Source of the DNA: Tubulanus polymorphus
Lineage: Eukaryota; Animalia; Nemertea
Direction: 5' to 3'
DNA length: 64,000 bases
Assembly (NCBI RefSeq): GCF_964204645.1
Contig: NW_027437437.1
Span: 62,001 to 126,000 of the forward strand
Every line of letters starts with the position of its first letter. Position 1 is the stretch's first letter. The notes beneath the pieces are model-generated. The model was given only the letters and a program-made list of their open reading frames with translations. It did no database searches and was not told where the DNA came from. Shown here piece by piece: positions 1 through 13,740 of this stretch. Position numbers and translations under genes: made by a program.

Positions 1-780
1 ATAAAGAATGAATGATCAATAATTAAAGAATGAACAATTGAAAGTATGAAAATAAATGAAACAAGTTTATTTAAAAAGGAAGCACCACAATGTCAATATA
101 ACGTGTAATTAGAAAGGAAATATTACATTATTTACATAATCAAACAGAATAAAATGAAATATAAATTGTAGCAAGAGTCACCAAACATCAAGAATTAGCC
201 TTACACTGAATGTAGGCTTATGTGTACACCTTTATGAAATTGCATCTAAATTTGAATTGTAAAAAATTAAATCTTAGCAAGAATTAGAAATATACTGTGA
301 AGATTGGCTTGCAATATTTAAAAATGAATGTTAAGATAAGAAGTAGAAACCACATTGAACTGAACTTCAAACCTTTAAGCATGAGTAGATGTTTAAATAA
401 CATCAGAGATATATAGTTATATACAAAAATAAGCTGTAAGAATCAGAAATATCCGTAATAAGATAAGATAATTACAAACAGAACTAAATCTAGTGTCCGC
501 ACCGTCAGATAGAAGTCTATTAATTTACAAAAATACATATTAAATGTAAGAATTAAAAATCAGATTACATAATTTCATGTGAAGCTAACTCTTAAGCTTA
601 ACAGAAATTACAGTCAAGATGCAACAGTTTCATGCAAAATCAAAGAGAAATCTAGTAAGGTACAAAATATTACTCTACATGTATGAATCAGAAATCAGAG
701 TAAAGATTGTCTTAAACTATGCAAAATTTACTCTGAAGCTTATCAAAAATTACAGTCATGATGCAACAGTTTCATGCAAA

Positions 781-892
781 TGTGATGTATGTAGCTTTCG
801 GAAATTAGTTTGACTGAATGAAGACACTTCCGTTTAGAGTACAATGAATGGCGTTAGAGTTCATTGATAATCGGCCAGCAGGAAACGTCACA
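781..892 (+). repeat. 5' LTR (112 bp)
   Basis: TG...CA ends with short inverted repeat TGTGATGT/ACGTCACA; immediately followed by the PBS; first 21 nt recur after the PPT. Confidence 0.8.
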
Positions 893-896
893 TTCT

Positions 897-908
897 TGGC
901 GACGAGGA
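897..908 (+). promoter_or_regulatory. Primer-binding site complementary to the 3' end of tRNA-Ser(GCT)
   Basis: TGGCGACGAGGA 4 nt after the LTR end; reverse complement of the ...TCCTCGTCGCCA end of metazoan tRNA-Ser(GCT). Confidence 0.8.
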
Positions 909-944
909 AAATTTAATATCGTTCTCCAACCGAGTGTAGAAGGA

Positions 945-3525
945 ATGAGTATGGCTTCTGCTTATATCGGTTCGATAAATGAGTATTCTCCGCAAAAGGA
1001 AGAATGGAAAAACTATCAATGTAGACTCGAGGCGTGGATGAGGGTAAATAAAATTTCAAATGAAAGCAAAACAGACGTCCTTCTATCAATGATTGGGCCT
1101 GAAACTTTCGAACTTTTAGTAAATCTAACCATGCCAAAGGCTCCTTCCGATGAAAAATACGAAGATCTCACAGCCTTGTTAGAAGCTCACCACAAACCTC
1201 CGTCCACAACAATGGGTGAACGGTACAAATTTAATATGAGGCGCCAGTCCTCGACAGAGACTTTGTCGGAATACAGTGTAGCTCTGAAGAAACTTGCTTT
1301 GTCGTGTGAGTTTGGAGTATCCCTGGAGGATCAACTCCGACGAAATCGGTTTGTCGCTGGAATTAGAAGTGAACCTATCCGCAAAAAACTACTTGGTTCG
1401 TCAAAATTAGTTTGGAAAGAAGCATGCAAGGATGCCCTTGCTATGGAAACGGCATCCCTGGTGTCAAAGCAGATGTCAGTCGGGTCGACTTCGAATCCCA
1501 GTGAAGGCGATGTTAATATGGTCAAATCGCGTACCGGTAATAATAATAGTAACTTTGGTAGAAAGCTGCAGATTAATCAACAGTGCTTTCGTTGTCACGG
1601 AACGGACATTTAGTGGACAGTTGCAGATTTCGTGGATCTGAATGTCACAAATATAATAAAACTGGGCACATCGCGAAAGCATGTCGTACAAATTTGAAAA
1701 ACACCGATAGGAGAAAAACCGCCGCTCGTGTTAACAATCGTACAAGCAGATCGTTTCATGGTGGTGCTACTTCGTATCTTCAAGAAAATTCTGTTGCCGA
1801 TACAGATAATGATTACAACACTAGTTTTGACGACTTGTACACCGTGAATGGTAAAACTGGCAATTGTAAAAATGTAATCAAGGGTTACACTGCAGAGATA
1901 GTTAAACAGGAAACCGATGATATATTTTTCAGAGCTAGACCTACACCGTATGCATTATTAGACAAGGTATAAAACAATCTTAAAAGATCTGTTGAAATGA
2001 ATGTTATGAGTACAGTTGAGACTAGCAAATACTCGAGTCCAATTGTAGTTGTCCCAAAAAGAAATGACGATGTGAGAATTTGTGGTGATTTTAAGGCGTC
2101 TATCAACAATTTCATCAATAGTGGCCTTTATCCCCTGCCCACACCAGAGGACATTTTCTCAAAACTAAGTGGATGCAAATACTTTTCAAAGATTGATCGT
2201 TCAAATGCGTATCTTCAACTGGAATTATCTGATAAGTCCAGAGAATTGTGCACTGTTAATACACCATTTGGTCTTTTTAGGTACAACCGTTTTCCATTTG
2301 GAGTCAAAACATCTCCAGTTATTTAGAGATTTATGGACAAACTACTCGTATTCCACAGGCAGCAGCAAGCCAAGACGATATATTGCTTGCTACTGTTACT
2401 GCAGAAGAACATGTGAGATTGTTGAGAGAAATTTTTAGTAGATTACGTAAACATAATGTTACTGCAAGTTCTAGTAAATCTCGGTTCTTTGTACCTGAAG
2501 TAGAGTATTTAGGTCACAATGCAGATAGTGAAGGTATTCATCCAACATCCAAGAATGTTGAAGCTATACATGCAGTACCTACTCCTAGCAGTGTTTCTGA
2601 GTTGCGGACTTACCTTGGCATGTTAAATCATTATGGTAAATTCTTACCAAACCTGTCTACGTTATTGTATCCTTTACATCAATTTCTCAAAAAGGATGTT
2701 AAATATGTGTGGAGTTCAGAATGTGAAAAGGCATTTTTGGAGTCAAAAAGGTTGTTGACAAGTAACCAGTTATTAGTACATTTTGACCCTAAGGCAGAGC
2801 TAGTTCTAGGCTGTGATGCGAGTCCGTATGGTTTAGGTGCGATTCTTTCTAAAAAGTTTCCAGATGGCTCAGAGAAACCCATAGCATATGGTAATCGTAG
2901 TTTGACTCCTGCAGAATGCAATTACTCCCCAATTGAACGTGAGGCTCTTTCAATCATTTACGGAATCAAACACTTCCACAAATATCTATACGGTAAAAAG
3001 TTTCTGTTGGTCACTGACCACAAACCTCTTGTAACAATTTTTGGTTCGAAAACAGGGGTTCCGGCCCTGGCAGCTCTGCGTCTGCAAAGGTGGTCACTTA
3101 TTTAATGGCATACGATTACGAAATTGTGCATAGAAGTGGTAAAGATCATGAAAACTGTGATATGTTGTCTAGATTTCCTAATCATAATGCTGAGATGGAA
3201 GCAGTGGAACTGGATATTAATTATTTTACGTATTATTGTCGTTATTGTCACATTGATCACATTTCCCTGTAGTGAAAATGTTCATGTAAATAGTAGTCGT
3301 GAAGATGATGTAGACAATCGACAAGATGATATGCCTAGTGTTACTGTACCAGTGATACCTCCAGTCAATACTGATCTGGGTACTCAACAAGGTTTAAACC
3401 CAGATGTTGAGAGTGGAGTTAGAAGCTCAGGTGATTTGGTTGAAGTTTCTGATCAACCCCAAGCCCATAGTGTTCCTTTAACTGTCAGGAAATCCTGTCG
3501 TGTTTCTGTACACCTAAGAGGCTGA
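945..3525 (+). pseudogene. Gypsy gag-pol pseudogene (gag, RT, RNase H; protease and integrase core missing)
   Basis: gag with CFRC..H..C and ECHK..GHIAKAC knuckles; RT motifs SPIVVVPK, RICGDFK, FSKID..NAYLQ; RNase H motifs CDASPYGLGAIL, EREAL, TDHKPL; multiple stops and frameshifts. Confidence 0.92.
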
Positions 3526-3645
3526 TCGAAGAAACTTAAATGTGGATTTCCTGGGTTTTATTATGTCAGTTTTTCTTATAATTACATTTTAAGATGTTAA
3601 TATGGAGCTTATGCATTTTAAGATAACTCCTAGTTCTTTTAACTA

Positions 3646-3677
3646 GTGTGGAGGAGTGTGATGTATGTAGCTTTCGG
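3646..3677 (+). repeat. Polypurine tract plus 21-bp 3' LTR remnant
   Basis: GTGGAGGAG followed by TGTGATGTATGTAGCTTTCGG, identical to 781-801. Confidence 0.8.
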
Positions 3678-3951
3678 TTAGAAACCAAGAGTGAAGGTTA
3701 CACAATATGATGCAAAACCAGATCTAGGCTAAAAAAGCCAAATCAGAGACAATGCTAGTCAAGTATTAAAATGAACTCTAAGAAATATATGTAGAAAGCA
3801 GTCAAAATGTAAAAAGTTAAAACATAACCAGATGAAGATTACACAATATCATACAAAACCAGATCTCGGCTTAAAAAGATTGAGTAGTGAAGATTTTCAA
3901 TATTTCTAAATTAGACGAAAATTGTCGGAAGCATTCGGAATAGTTTATGAT

Positions 3952-6931
3952 TTATGCTGTTATCTGCTTTTTGGTAAGTGGCTCATCTCGGTGAATGAAA
4001 CAATTTTTGACAATACAAGAGTCGAAATTGCCACTGATCTGAATAGGAGTTTGGTTTGAGATGGCTTTGAGAAGTAATTCGCGGATGTTTTCGACGGACC
4101 ATTCAATATTGTCTTGAAGATCGCTTATCAATTGATTTAATTGCTGGTGGAACATAGTCCACACTTTCAACTCATTGTTGATAATGAAACCAAGTTTTAC
4201 TCGATAAATCATCAGTCCTGTGTTTGGTGAATATTGTAAGCATTTAGGGCACTTATTCGTATCGTCAAGTTTCTTGCGCAAGCAGTTTTTTCGCAGACAG
4301 GTATAATATGAATAAACTGAATCTAAAGCGACTGGAATAGCTCTGTGGTAATGAATGTTAGATTCAGATGCTGCAGGACAATCACCTTCGTCGGAGAGAT
4401 CATCTGTATCAGAGATGTTAGCAATATCAGGATACACTTGTGGAGATAATATCTGAAAGTGAAGAAACAAAAGTAAAAGGTGACTGTTATGTTCTATCAT
4501 ATAAGAAATGACATAGTTAAATATTTGTTGATACTAGTAGTGTAATAATCATGATCCATGTAGGTCAATAAATGACTAATTAGAATATCTGTATCAAAGA
4601 GATTAGGTATGAAAGAACAAGATATTATCTCCAAGGAAGCGTTCATTGCTTTTGCAAGTATGGTTTTTTTGTTAAAAGACGTTTTATGGCAATTCTTTAT
4701 ATTCACAATATCTCCGGGTGAAACAGATGACGATGCTACAGGAGGCCACAAAGATATTTTACACGAAGTAGATTGATCCTTTATGTGAAGATTTCTTAAT
4801 TCTATTTCTTCCCGGGTTTTGCGGTTCGTAACTGTTTTGGTTGGAGTAACCTGAAAAATAAGTATTGAAATTGGAAGATGTATCATACTGCAGTATGACA
4901 ATGATAAAAATAAATGGGTAGTATTATACTACTAGTAGAACTCGGTTAAGTCAAATCACTAGGGACCAGCAAATTTTGCCACAATTATACAAAAACAAAA
5001 ATGATGTGGTCTCATTTGAATAGAAATAACCTAGAGGGGACTGGAATTTTAGTCTTTAATCAGTGAACATCTGAATTAAAGTGATCTGAATTAAACAAGT
5101 TATATATACTGTATGAGAAATACATTGTCCTTATGTAATAATGGTAGAAGGAATATGAAACATTATCATTTTTGAAATACAGGTGTGTATAATCTATTTC
5201 AAGTAGACTTGAGAGAACATCGGGTGTCCTAGGCCACATGATGTCATCTCAAGTCAACTTGAAATAGACCTTTAGAGTAAAAGATTAAAGCAGTTAAAAG
5301 TTAATGATATGTTAATGATACACAAATATTGAGGACATACTTTATGTTAGTATGGAAAGATGGCAGCACCAATCAAGAAGTAGAAAAGTGAATACAATAG
5401 CATGTAATTTTCCAAAAACAGAGGGTTATACACGGGTGGATAATACCTGATTTTAATCTCAAATCATCAATGACAAAACCCAATTGTTCATCATAGCTTT
5501 TAATCAAATTAAACTTGTGTTCCCTTTTTATATAAGAAGTTAAGCCAATGAGCTTATTTTGTATGGATTTTTAGGCAGAATAATTGATTAAAATGATAAT
5601 CAATAGTGAAGGGTGGCTACATATTGGCAGAAAAGATGCTTATATTCAGAAACAAGAGGACTTCAAAGTCCTGGGGTTCGAAGAAGCAAAGTCTGATGTA
5701 CAAATAATAAATTACATAAAAGAATGGCAAATTATGAAAAGAAATTGATATTCCATTAGAAAAGTTTGCTTAAAAAAATTCAATTTGTTTTCCATTTGCA
5801 TTGCGCACGTGGTAAATGATATGCTTTGTAATTATATTAAGGTGTAATAAAGTTATTTTGAATTGAATTTTGAATTTGAATTGTTTATATCTGACGTAAT
5901 CGATAAAATTTTGCGCGCAGCTGATCTTGCCTGCCAATCAACATAATTGGTCTACACTAAAAATACGCTTACTTGAAAAACTATGTAGTGTATCAATCTA
6001 GAATTTTCGGCACAATATCCGATGCTAAATACCTTACTTTAAAGGTTGATTTGGTGAAAATCGGATCACAAATATCTCTAACATTTCGTTCTTAACTTTT
6101 GAAGTGGAAGCCGGTGTCGGCATCAACGTGTGTATGTCTGTACGTACGGGTACTGGCGCTTTAACAGGCTCAGCATTGATGGTGTATTTATGCGCTAGTC
6201 GTTGTAATGATTTGTTTTGACCAACCGCTAAATCGGCATTCATTACGCATGATTTTAGAAAATGATATTATTCAGAGTATTTGAATATATCTATCAAGAT
6301 AATTATAATATTCTTAAGACAAGTGAATTACGTATGTGGACGTATTTCATTGAGGCGTATCACTCAATCTGAAAAAAAATCTTCCGATCCTGTCACGTGA
6401 CTTCATGACTGCAACTTGACGATAGCTTAGGTTCTCGTTCTTCGAACCAATAAGCAATAGAAAGGCAAAATAGAATCATCGAAAAAATTAGTAGCAATTT
6501 ACCTTCGTTTCTTTAACACAAATGCTGCTCTTTCTCGGAGATGACATGGCTTCAGCGATTGAAGTAAAAGAAGACGAAGAAAGCAGCATCAGTTCAGTGA
6601 TGGAGGCAGGAACATCCAATGATGGTCTCTCCAGACAAGTGGACTTAGATGTGAGAATTATAGTTTCGTCTTTGAACAGATAATTAGTCAGTAATACAGT
6701 TTTAAGCTCACGCAGTAGTGAAAATGCAGCTTGTTTGTAGTACACAATGACAATGAGAGTTTGGTTATCAGTGGCAGTGCATTCTTTTATCGCTCGGAGG
6801 TTGCCTTGTCGATCAGTAAAGTGATTTGAGTTGTTTTCCTTGACAATAGTTAATTGGATTGGTTTAGAGATGAGATCATCAAGGTCATGGTTGTCCAGTT
6901 TAGATAAGTCTTCAATTTTGAATAAATCCAT
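3952..6931 (-). pseudogene. RPA70-like ssDNA-binding protein gene, three exons (6931-6503, 4850-4629, 4452-3952; ~383 aa), probably Helitron cargo
   Basis: OB-fold-like segments (IKDQSTSCKISLW...GDIVNIKN) and an RPA-C-type Zn ribbon (YYTCLRKNC..K.....KCPKC); phase-0 acceptors tttcag before each exon and donor AAG|gtaaat; second donor reads GAG|ataata (GT lost). Confidence 0.72.
5193..5268. repeat. 76-bp near-perfect palindrome (miniature element remnant) in an intron of the RPA-like gene
   Basis: TCTATTTCAAGTAGACTTGAGA ... TCTCAAGTCAACTTGAAATAGA. Confidence 0.75.
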
Positions 6932-7305
6932 CTGAAAGATGTGAATATAGAATAGAATCAAATCAAATAGTTTAATACTACAAAGAATATATAACCACAT
7001 GTTAATAATATAGGTAAGTAGACCATGCATAAGTTGGACACGTGAATGTCGAAAAAATGCATAGGGATCATTCATTTATTATGTAACGCAGTCTCAAATG
7101 TTTTGTGACTTTCTCAAAATGTATCAAAAATTTAACTAATTTTTAGTTCATAAGTCCTCAAATATTCATAAATGAACAGTTAAAAATTGTTGAAACATGT
7201 CGACTCTGCCGTAAATCAACCTATTAACAGTCCGGAATTTGGGATAATATTGGGCTTTAGAGAACATAATGCCCCCGCTGTCTTCACATTTACAGAAAAG
7301 ATTAC

Positions 7306-7532
7306 AGGAATATTCCTCCCAATGTCAATCGATGGAAACTTGACCAAGGGGTCCGATATTTTAACAATTGACTTTGGGAGGAATATTCCTCCCAAGGTCA
7401 AATGAAGAGAATTTGACCTTCAGGTCTGATATTCAAAGTATCGACTTCGGGAGGAATGTTCCTCCAAATGTCAAACGAAGGAAACTGGACCTGGTCTGTT
7501 ATTCGAAATATAGACTTTGGGATGAATGTTCT
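7306..7532. repeat. Subterminal ~72-bp tandem units with palindromic core TTGGGAGGAATATTCCTCCCAA (left TIR)
   Basis: Four degenerate cores; mirrored at ~13446-13740. Confidence 0.85.
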
Positions 7533-8297
7533 TGAAAACCATTAAACGCTAAAAACCTGAGCTTTTAGAATTATAGGTATATATATATTAATTATATTGG
7601 TGTAATAATTGTTTTAATAAGTAGTATACTATAGCGACGACACCAGACATATTAAGGCAATTTGAGTGATAATGTACACGGTATTTGAGGGTCTGCGACG
7701 AATGATTTTTAGAAAGTTGAATAGCTGTAGTGCAGGTTCTAATAATGATCCTAATATAGTCTAGTTATAGTCAATATGACTAGTTTTTCTTCATTGATTG
7801 ACGTTGGGAGGTCTAGATCAAATTATATTGTTAATAAAATCAATTATTTTACAACTGCAAATTCACATTTGATATTGATAGTGTGCTTTGCATGAGTATA
7901 AAATTAACACAAGCTGAAAGAATCGAAATTTAAATACGTGGATGATAAAAATCAAGTTAAAAGGTGTAGGGGCGGAGAGATCTGGCGAAAAAAAAACAGT
8001 AATGGGCGCAAAATGGACCCGTGCCTAATTACCCGACCAAAAACGACGGACCAGACCTGAGTCAAATTAAGCGTGTTCATTCAAACTGGTTCTGGAAGTC
8101 AGTCACTTCGCTTCGTTTAAGTATGGACTCGTTTTAGATTCCATGGTTTAAGCATTGTTTAGTAACGAATGAATGGGTTTGAATTTGAATGTGAAATGAA
8201 TTTGAACATGAAAATCGGCGCGCTCTTTGGTAAGCCATGCGTAAAATTTAAGTCGGACCTGATTCGAGCCAATTTAGCCCCTACAAATCGTCTCTAT

Positions 8298-8606
8298 AGC
8301 CGCGATCACACGTGTATTTTTGCCCCGGGCCAAATTTGGCCCGGAACAACTGTTCACACGGGTGCCAAATGGGCCCGAGCCTTTTTGGCCCGGACCAAAT
8401 TTGGCCCGACCAAAACGTCGGACCAGGCCCGAGCACCAGACAAATGACTGCGTTTGAATTGCAACTAGCACCGTAAATGATCCACTTCGCTTTTAGTATC
8501 GAGTGAATGGTTTGCGTGTGAACGCGCTCTCTAATTACCAAATTTGGCCCGAGCCTGATCGGTGCTAATTTGGCCCGGGCCAAATCGTCTCCGTGTGATC
8601 GCGGCT
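8298..8606. mobile_element. PIF/Harbinger-like MITE (309 bp)
   Basis: 15-bp TIR AGCCGCGATCACACG / CGTGTGATCGCGGCT, 3-bp TSD TAT, internal TTTGGCCCGG repeats. Confidence 0.85.
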
Positions 8607-10547
8607 TATGTGGGTCATGATTGATGAGAGAAATCTTTCCCTTTGTTTGCAAATTAGCCATTGTCCTAGTTTTAACTTCTGATTTGTAACCTGTATAGGG
8701 GTTTATATTTCTGTTTGTACTCTTTCATAGAAATACGGCAGATATCAAATGGAATCTTTGATTAAAGACACTGTAGACCGGTACACACCATCCATCCGAC
8801 CTAGCATCCGCAATTATCTCATTAATGAGATGATTGCTCGTAGATCCGACAGCTACGTTTTACAACTAGAAATATATTAGATCAGATTCCTAATAATAAA
8901 ATCATTACTATTAAGAAAATGTTATTAATTATGAATAAATTCAAAAAAATTGACAAAATATATTGCTTTGAATGGTCTTTAGATATTGGATAGGGCGATT
9001 TTGAATTATTTTTGGGGAATTTTATCGAGAAGCTCAAACTCTCTAAGGCGATAAAGTGTTTAAGGCAGATCTTTCCCGTTTATGATCCCACCATATGAAT
9101 TGCTCATGAAACTATTATGTATAAACACCTCACAATTAACGTAATGGCTCAGTGACGTCCTGTTGCACAAGCTATATTACACCGTGATAAAAAGCCTATT
9201 ATAGTCGAGTTGGATTTCTCGATGTATAAATGCAGGGAGGGTCGGGAGCTTTATGTTCAATAACATTAGGTTCCAATGTTTGCTCTATGGATTTCAAAAT
9301 AAAAGAAAAATCTACGTTTAAACGTGATATCTGTTTCATTACTCGTGATATATCGGGGAATCTCTGCAATAAAATTGGACGATTTCAAAAATATTACAAA
9401 ATGAGCAAATTGCGATTCTTAGTGATTTTTGCTAACAGTATGGATTCTAGCGTATATGCGGATTTGTGTGATATGTAATAAGTATCGTAGCGAATAATCA
9501 ATGAGAAAAGTATCTACCGTAGCTAGATATGACAATTAAAAATCCTATATCCAGAATATCTCCCTCAAAATACCTTCATCCGTTCAAAAAAAGAACCCCT
9601 GGTAAAGATTTCCTATGTAGAAATCTAAAAAATCTAAACCCTAGGGTAAACATACCCTGGGTAAAAATCCCCAAAATATTCATATTTGGTGATTGTCAAG
9701 AACATTTCAAAGCACGATGTTTCTCGAATTTGCAATGAGACTGAAATATGTTTGAACTTTTAAATGAAATCTTTCGTTGCGATAAATTCTTACGGATAAA
9801 ATAATTTGTAAGAATTAATAAGAGTAATAAACTTGTATTTGTAATATCTTAAGATTCGAACTGGAATATTTTTGAACTGCGGACTCTCGTTAACTTGCGG
9901 TATATTTCAGCTGTGCGATGCCATGAATTATTAGAAATAACGTACTTTTGATATTAAATATTTTAGATTCAAGCTAGTGTAATATATTGGAAATGTGCGA
10001 TGAACCACTTTACTAAGATGTGCAATAACTACATGTATATGTACTAATTTAGTATCAATGAAACGTTAATTTGTAGTATGTTTTAATTTAAATAGCATAG
10101 TTTCTATGGGCATATTGATATCCTTATATTGTTTGACAGTAAAATATGAATAAATTGGATATACGTATCAATAATACGAATTAATTGACCTTAAGATAGT
10201 ATCTACTTATAATCCCTTCAAAGGGAGGGGATTACCTACTTTGAACAATTGGGGATTTTTACCGAGGCGATTTTTACCTAGGGGATTTTTACTCGCTTAC
10301 TTAGATGTTTTGAATTATTGACTTAGTTATTTTATTAAGTTTAATTTCATCACTAGTAAGTTTATTCATTGACCACTTGCATGATAGTTCTTGATATATT
10401 CTTTATATGCAATGACATGAAATGTAAGTTCATCACATTTCTGAACTCATTAATACCTATTTTTATGGTCTTAAGCCCCATGAAAAATATATGATATCAT
10501 TAAATTGAAAGCTTAATGTTTTATTAACATTGGCAGTAGTTCTCATA

Positions 10548-10670
10548 AATTTTCCTTGGCCTTTTTTCCGCGGCCATCTTTTCCTTGGCCATTTTTTCCT
10601 CGGCAAATTTCCTTGGCCATTTTTTCCTTGGCCATTCTTTCCTGGCCATTTTTCCTTGGCCATTTTTCCA
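10548..10670. repeat. Minisatellite of ~14-15-bp units TTTTCCTTGGCCA
   Basis: About eight degenerate tandem copies; probably the subterminal array of a decayed DNA element. Confidence 0.85.
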
Positions 10671-13445
10671 ACATTCTGGGTTTTTTTTACCGCTAACCCT
10701 TAGCAATGCACTGTAATGAACAATTTACTTTGTTTTGCTAAATTAACTACTTGTAATCAATTCAATATAGAACTGTGGTCGACCCTAACAAAGAGTCCGG
10801 CGTGCTATTCTAAACTTCAGTGGACAAAAATCTCTTTCTAAAAATTATAGTGCTAAGATATTCCTAGTCTTCATCCTTCAGCATGGACTCTAGGCCTGGA
10901 TATATTTCGGATTTATTAAATGGTAGCATGCGTGTGTAGAACGTTTGGGCGAAGGTATTATCCCCCGGTATCACGCATAAAACAAACAGAAAACATATTT
11001 TCATACATAGGTCATCGCATTATAGAAATTGAACTGTTGACAAGTTGTATTAAATCTCCTCTATAGATGAAACACTTTTAAGGAAAATGCATTATGTTTG
11101 TTGTTTCTTTATAACTACTATTGACTGTGCGCCTCGGGCTCAGTCAACTCGCCATCTCCATGATTGAAATATTTGATTAGGCAGTCCTATCAAAAGTGGC
11201 GTAAATTCATACAAGCGAATAATTTGTTGTTTCCAAAGGTTTTTGTTACCGGCTCGTCTACACGGTAATGGTCGAAATTCCCCAGTAAAAATCACCTAAG
11301 AATACCCATTAAAGAGCTTATGATTTGCTGCGGCTGGCATGTTTTCGTTTGTATTGCAAAATTAAGTCCAAAATAACTGGAATCGTTTTAAAAGGATTTC
11401 TGTGAAAATTTTCAATTTTTCCCCACACGTCAACAAGTGCCTTTCGAATCAAGATAGATTCCTCATGCGTAAAAACGATTGTAGCAATTTTTTTCAGTTT
11501 TATTTATCTATGGTTTGATACGTCAAGATTTCAGTAAAAAGGGCAACATCATCGTTTATATTAGCGAAGCTTGGTATACAAGCAAGCTGACAATAACAAG
11601 CCACTGAATTTTATCGGGTTAGGCTTTGTATAGCTCATTATCTATAGAAAGTCAGTGATTAAGTCCTAAGTAAATATTGCTCAATAAAGGAGAGTTCATT
11701 AGTCGATGAACAATGTATAAGCGATGACAGGCCTATGAGGCACCCGTAAATCAAAAATGTATTTCACGGATTTCGCGATGCGATAAATTATTGAAACTTT
11801 TAATTTGAAATATCTTTAAAAGACTATTTGAAATTTGAAATATTATTTTACCAGGGCGATGACTTTTAGTATTAGTTTAGTACTAATGAAGTATTTCAAT
11901 CTTTGGATAAACGTCGGAAAAATGGCAAGGGGAAAATTGCCGCTAGATAAATATTAGAATTTGCAAGTTTTGTAATAACTTTGAATTGTTTAATTTCACT
12001 GGACATTGGTGTATGCTGAATATCATGAATCACGAAACATATATCTCATACAAACGTTGATTGTCTTTTTCATCTTCCTTCATTTCAATAACAATCAATC
12101 GATTTTTAAGTCAATTTAATTACCAGGATAGCGACTAAATGTGTTTGTGCTTTTAATCAATTAGTTTCCGAATCCGTGGTATGTCAATCAAAAAATAATT
12201 TTTTAAGTCGAGAAAAAGTAAGATGCATTCTATCAACTAATTTCATTGTAAAGACTATAATGCTTCGTATATGAATCAATACTAAAGCATTCATACCGCA
12301 GGCCACTTAATATTAAGGTCGATTGTGAGAGGTGTTTAAACATAATGGTCACATGAGTAATTAAATGGTTGTGTCATAAAGGGAGAATTCTGCCTAACAC
12401 ATATCATCCCGATATCCCGGAGTTCTGGGCTTAGAAACGCGTGTTTAGAATGAATTTTATCCGATATTTTTGTAATATAATGTTTTCTCTCTGAAAATTC
12501 CTGACGTTTTCTGGGTGCTAACGTTCAGTGGCTAGTACGCTGGATTGTATTTTCCCTTATTTCATAGATCTACATGCGTATAAACTTGAACTGAACTGAA
12601 TGGGAACTGAGTTCGGTTAGGAGTAAAAACCTCCTTATTAACTCCTATTTCTGAATTGTATATAAAGGAGTGAAGAAAGAAACAAACCCTCATACCGAAT
12701 ACACTTTTACGTATAAATGAGAATAATGCACACTTGGACAATGGCTAATTCGCGACGTTAAAGAAGAAATACGACTCGAATATTTTTATCATACGTGACG
12801 CGCGAATCTCCTATTAACGCTAGTAATGAGAGAAGAATCCACACGAATGAAATGTATCAGCTTCATAATGATCTTTAATCCTTGAATGACCATTCTTAGT
12901 TAACACAAAACACTTAATATAAATGAATTGTATCGATTACTATAGAATTTCCATTTTAAGAATGCATTTATCAAATTACGTCCATTGACTCTGAAAATGA
13001 ACCTTAAAACCCGTAAATTAGCTAAACTCGTGCCAAATTAAGCTATTTGGATTTATCGCAACTGTCTCGTGAAAATTTGTAAGCAGTCCTTATATATTCC
13101 CTGTATAATCAAAACTTAATTTCTATGTTATGCACGCGTTTTAATTACGATTTCCCCTCAACATGTTTATCGTGAAGCGCCTGATTACAATCTGATTACA
13201 ATTGATTGTCAACAAAGTTACAGCAATTCACTGTTAGATAAAGAAAATACTAAATCTATTTTGTTTTCTAAAATGGTATGTATGTCTCATACCGTCTCAT
13301 TACCTCGAACACTGTGTATCGTATCACTCGAAATTCATAGATCTACCTGGCTTTATTGGGTACTGTTTAAAAAATGAAACACAAATTAAACCCAAAACAA
13401 TAAATACCTATCTTTCTAAAAATTCAGGTTATAGCGTTTAGTAGT

Positions 13446-13740
13446 GGGAGGAATATTCCTCCCTAAATCAATATACTTTGAATCTAAGACTAGGGTTCAT
13501 TTTCCTTCAGTTGACATATGACAATATTTCGAATATCAGACCAGGTCCATTTTCCATCGTTTGACATAGGGAGGAACATTCCTCCCGAAGTCAATACTTT
13601 GAATATCAGACCTGAAGGTCAAATTCTCTTCGTTTGACCTTGGGAGGAATATTCCTCCCAAAGTCAATTGTTTGAATATCGGGCCCCTTGGTCAAGTTTC
13701 CATCGATTGACTTTGGGTGGAATATTCCTCCCAAGGTCAA
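13446..13740. repeat. Subterminal palindromic tandem units (right TIR of the 7-kb element)
   Basis: GGGAGGAATATTCCTCCC cores in inverted correspondence with 7306-7532. Confidence 0.85.

Larger units (their letters stand above)
781..3677 (+). mobile_element. Ty3/Gypsy LTR retrotransposon, internally deleted, 3' LTR truncated
   Basis: 5' LTR TGTGATG...GTCACA, PBS, gag with CCHC knuckles, RT and RNase H fragments, polypurine tract, then the first 21 nt of the LTR repeated at 3657-3677. Confidence 0.93.

Noticed and set aside
7306-7532. CRISPR-like array (palindromic ~34-bp repeats with ~38-bp spacers; also 13446-13740)
   Set aside because: The spacers are homologous to each other, the array is mirrored inside TIRs, there are no cas genes and the context is eukaryotic.
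8169-8661. Overlapping ORFs on both strands (also 10463-10706 and 59785-60319)
   Set aside because: By-products of MITE or tandem-repeat sequence with low stop density.
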